Part shown: positions 59,740 through 64,000 of the stretch, in pieces | How the letters are laid out: every line of letters begins with the position of its first letter | Position numbering within the stretch: position 1 is the first letter of the stretch | Source of the DNA: Diploschistes diacapsis | Taxonomy: Eukaryota | Reading direction: 5' to 3' | NCBI GenBank assembly: GCA_023645945.1 | Contig: JALAIB010000002.1 | Coordinates: 1 to 64,000 of the forward strand | Length of the DNA stretch: 64,000 nt | The notes under the pieces: model-generated | The model's input: the letters and a program-made list of their open reading frames with translations, nothing else | Told to the model about the DNA's origin: nothing | Databases searched by the model: none | Translations under genes and position numbers: made by a program

Positions 59740-60598
59740 GACTGCTTCTGTCAGTGTTTGATCGCAAGTTGCGATGAACAGGCGCAAAGCACGCTCAGCT
59801 TTCAATGTCAGTGATACGGAGTACTAGGACGCGCCGTATCGTGTAGCCGCCGCGCTAAGGAGATGCGCATGGACCCAGTGGTATACTTGATGGATAACGT
59901 ATAACTTAAAGAGACCTCACTTCAACGAATCTCTGAGTGATCTGGATTTTGGTGCTTGAATCGTGTGCAACAAGGTGGCACCAAATGTCCAGTTTCTTCG
60001 TCAAAGTCGATACTATTTGTAATGTTATTAATACCAGTGCTTCATTGATCATTCCCAGACAGGCTGCAATATACTACTATATCCCTACCATATCAAAAGC
60101 ATGGAGGGATAGATAATAATCCAATAGGGTTGAATGCTACTTGAGGTGTATGCAGTACTGGTGGAAAGACTCTAAGTGAGTATAGGCTTTGCGCTGCTAT
60201 TGGAAATAGCCCATCGAAACTTGGTTCTGCTACATCTTTATTAATGAGTGCCTTATACCTGCTCCTGGATTTATAATGCGTCTTTGTCGACCCCGAGGTT
60301 GGTCTGCATTCTGAATTTGAAGACTCCATACCGCGCCCCTGCTCAAAGAGAAGACGCTATTGTTACCCCTTTCAGGGCCCATGGCTGCCTTAGCATCTGG
60401 GGAGATTCGCGTAAACCATACCCTCGATCTTTGCCTCCTCCATAGTCTCCCGTCCCAGCTTTGTACAGAAGCCTTCCGACCTTGAGACTGTCTGCACAAA
60501 ACGAGCTCATTCTCCAAGCTGTAGTTTTGCAAAACGTATTCTACAATACCACGCCGCTGTAAGTCAGGCTTGACGTAAGACTCCCGTAAAGACTCCCG

Positions 60599-62607
60599 AT
60601 GACTGCGAAAGGTTCAATGCATTGCTGGTGCAATGCACTTTGTTTGATCCGTGCCAACCACCCCACCATTTCCAAAAAACATCAGAGGAGAGGAGAGACG
60701 ACGGGAGATGAGGTCGTCCAGGAGATCAAGCCAGAACAAGCAAGTCGTTGCGATCTGTACGATGTTATCGTTCAAGATGCCTACACAGAAATGAACTGGA
60801 CCGAAACCTTGAATGATAAAGTTATAGGGGCGAGAGACTACTCTTTGAAAGAGATGGCCGATGTTCGCAGTCTCCAAGGCTGACACGTACTAGGGAATGG
60901 TACGGAGGATAGCTCCGAAGATGGCTCGGAAAATGGTTCGAAGATGATTCTGAAGACGATCTGGGCGATGAACTAGTTAATGACCTGGAAGAGGGCCCAG
61001 ACGACAACATGGAAGACGGGTTGAGCAACGACTTGGGGAGCGATTCGAAAGAGGAACTCAAATATCAGCTTTGGGCATGTGCTTACTGCTCTGATAATTA
61101 CCTAGGTACGATTCGCTAACCTTTAATAAGGAGTTCAACTTTACGCTAGCAATAGAAATCCTAACGACTAGAAAGCTGACTTCGTTGCTGACGATGTTCG
61201 CTCTCACTGGCAGGAAGCACGTCAGTTGACAGAAGAAAATCAGCATCTCTTGGGCTCCATTTTATTAGATGAGAAGATGCGCCAGTCAATCCTCAAGATG
61301 CATATCGAGTTCTGGTGTAAGAAATATTCTATCTTCTCAGATTATTGGCTAATCTGTTGAAGCTTGGAAACGTCAGAAGCAAAATCGACCTGCAAACATA
61401 CGACTCGTTGGGCTCAAGTGCATCGGCCCAATGCCATTGGAAGGAAAGAGTGTAGCGACAGAGGAAAATCACTGTGCTTTTCAAACCATTTTGGACCTTG
61501 ACAATTCATACCTACCCATGAGCACCTTAACCAAGAGCGATTCACACACCATCAAGCTCAGCAAAAGATGCGTGCCTTGCTGGGCTCGTCATCGACTCAC
61601 AGTGGTGTTGGCAACTCGACAACTCTTCGCTAGTACAGAGGATCAACAGCGCACCTACGCCAAGAATGGTTGCTTCCAGACAGGATGGTTCGGCACTCGA
61701 TACTGTTACCGTCATGCCGACGATGAGTTGGGCACAAATTGGCATCCAGTGCCACGATATGATCCGGCCCAATCAGCTCTGAGTTCCGAGGTCGACAATC
61801 GCATTTCATGTCAGCAGCTTCAAAACAGTGGACCAGTAGCGAAGACATTCAGCTTGCGATGTCTCTTGCCGCGGAAATTAGAGCAGGTCATCGACAAGGC
61901 ACTGACTTGGTTATCTTGGACATTGAGTTCAGTCGAAGTGGTCAGGTTAAGGGGGTTGCTCTTATCGAGTACGTATCCGGACGGGTCCTCTTAGACACAT
62001 TGGTCAAGCCCCTAGCACCTCCGGAGCTCTCTCAATTGAAGCTGGCTTGGAGAAGAGGTTTAATCGATCACTTGTGGTCCAGGAAGCTCGATTCTTCTGG
62101 TACAAACACTGATCAAGATCTCGATGTCTGGGCTATCGCAGAGGTCCTTGAAGATTCTGGAGTTACAAAAGATTCCGTCATTTTGGTCTGGCATTCAACG
62201 TATTACGATTTGACCTTATTGGACACTTTCTTGGAAACTGCTGGAGCTAATTCGGCGCTACCCATCCGAGGGCAAACTGTGTTCGCCTGGTGCCTCACGT
62301 TCGCGCCAATGTGCCTCCTCACAACGGGAAACCCTTCCCTGCGGCTCTATCAACAATATTTCCCATTCTATTTCCCAGCCATGAATTGGTTGGGCGTAAT
62401 CATCGAGCCTTAGTGGATTGTCAGCAAACCCGACTTATCATGACGGTGTTCGAAGAGTTTGCCAAAAAACCAATCGGCAGTCCTGGAAGGCTAGAATTAT
62501 CTGAAGTTAAACCCACTCAGCAGACTCTGGAGAACTGGTTGGTTGACCCAACTCTGGTCCCCAATCACCAGGAAACCCAGAATCGGGGCCGATGGACTGA
62601 CATCTGA
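60599..62607 (+). pseudogene. Frameshifted DEDDh-type 3'-5' exonuclease gene with upstream acidic and Cys/His-rich segments
   Basis: LVILDIEFS (ExoI), VILVWHSTYYDLTLL (ExoII) and, after a frameshift near 62280, NHRALVDCQQT (ExoIII). Upstream CVPC and C..YCYRH motifs are broken by stops and frameshifts. 5' boundary uncertain. Confidence 0.65.
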
Positions 62608-63679
62608 CTGAATGGGAGCGCTTTAGTGTGTAGAGCGTGCAACTCAGCGGAGAGGTTTGCACAGCTTTTACTCGTTTGAGTCCATCTCGAAGACCATCTT
62701 CGACCCATGTACATGTCCTTCTCGTATACCTATTCTCTCGCCGAAACTGTTCATGGAAGCAGCTTGTCACGTGTGAGCTTGTTTTGAACGAGAAGCCCCA
62801 ACTAATTTTGCATTTTGCTCCAATGTAGCAGCGGCGGCCTGATTTTCGCGCGGAAACAGATGTGATTTTGAGAGCGCGATAGGTGTTTACAAATCAATGA
62901 GAGCGTCGGGAGATGATATCGATTGAATGGAGAGAATCCCTCGGCTAGGAAATGTCTAAATACAAGGTCTACATTTCAAAGTTTTTTCAGAACAAAGCGT
63001 ATTCTCATGCCATACTAGTGTTATGGATCTGGGATCCACTTCAGATCCTAACAAGGGTATGGGGTGAAGCTACGGACTTTAGTAGCTCTACTGAGAAGAA
63101 TACCGTTCTCGGAGCATTCAATAAGCTGTTGAGGTAGAATGCTTCACAAACCAAGGTATGGCCACTTGTCCTTACTTCGGTACATTTCGACTGCTTAGTC
63201 CAGTCCTGGCTTTGTTGTATGATATACCTCTGGAGAAGATGACCAGAGCTGGAAAGGTTCATATCTCTGGTTTGTTCCGATACCTCATGTGGTACATTTG
63301 GTTTTGCAGATCTGGCAGAACGTGCACGCGACAGGCTCGAACAGGATGTTCAGCCTCTGAAGCCAACCCAAGGCCGTGTATAATTTTTCGTTTTTCTGGG
63401 TTCTCCGTCCGCCAGCCGTATGGTATTGGGAACAGAGGTATGGTAAATGGGAGGAGTTCATTTGATTAAATACGAGTAGGGTGTTCATGGCCCTAAAGCG
63501 TTTTAGAAGGACGTAAAGCGTATTGGCCGTCCGGCCGTTCAGAGTCGGTCTCACAACCTTCAATTGGGTTTCAATATCTCTTCTTGGTTGGTCTCTGTCA
63601 AGAGCTGTCCGTAATTATTCGATTTTGGCCGTCTCGGCTTTGGCGTAAGTGTTACAGGAATGCTTGTAGATGCGCATGT

Positions 63680-64000
63680 AAGGTCGGCGCCGCCGACATC
63701 GCTCGAGCAGCCTCCCAATCTCGGTATAAGACCGGGGCAGATCCTGTTAAATACGTGCGAAGTAACACCGGTGGACCACCCGGTGCTTTGAACTCGTCCG
63801 CACAGACGGACCTAGGTGCTATGATCAGTAGGGTGACAATGATTTGGCGGGCTTGTTCGAACCATGCTCACGTCTTGCAGCTTGTTGGATCCTGTAATAG
63901 AGTGTCTCGAGCGCCAAGCTTCTGTCTCACGATAGTCCTGACGGCCTCCTCAGGAGTATGATCAACGAATTCATCTGATAAAGTTTTGTGACCAACCGGA
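63680..64000 (-). pseudogene. Patatin-like phospholipase fragment, truncated; continues beyond the window
   Basis: PEEAVRTIVRQKLGARDTLLQDPTSCKT, intron 63812-63871, SVCADEFKAPGGPPVLLRTYLTG...WEAARAMSAAPT, then a stop soon after with no DGG motif. Confidence 0.7.

Overview
Eukaryotic DNA from a filamentous ascomycete (Pezizomycotina), judged from GT-AG introns of about 45-70 nt with CTRAC-type branch sites. No CRISPR array, rRNA or intact tRNA was seen. Layout: (1) 1-7.8 kb is a conserved housekeeping block (GUK1 3' end, CDC10/aspD septin, MRPL32, SKI8/REC14, RNR1 with an MCB-type promoter). (2) 8.3-21.2 kb is an accessory block, all on the + strand: a degenerate G-alpha-like protein, a PTH11-like membrane protein, a three-gene run (caspase-fold His-Cys protease, a hidden 104-aa SH3-barrel-like protein, a DUF6594-type multi-TM protein), and a single-pass Cys/Thr-rich membrane protein; a 69-bp Tc1/mariner-type miniature element also lies here. 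(3) About 21.6-41.5 kb is a ~20-kb gene desert of decayed coding relics, including five co-oriented, diverged fragments of one PhyH-like 2OG-Fe(II) dioxygenase family, one showing RIP-like mutation. (4) 41.8-59.7 kb holds metR/cys-3, GUT2, a GPI-type cell-wall protein with duplicated exons, a RING-like/Arg-rich protein, an alpha/beta hydrolase, PDA1 and HAT1. (5) 60-64 kb is a second decayed region with DEDDh-exonuclease and patatin pseudogenes. The best candidates for an undescribed system are the protease/SH3-like/DUF6594 module, the dioxygenase relic array, and the G-alpha-like gene next to a PTH11-like receptor. All family assignments come from reading motifs by eye, not from database searches.
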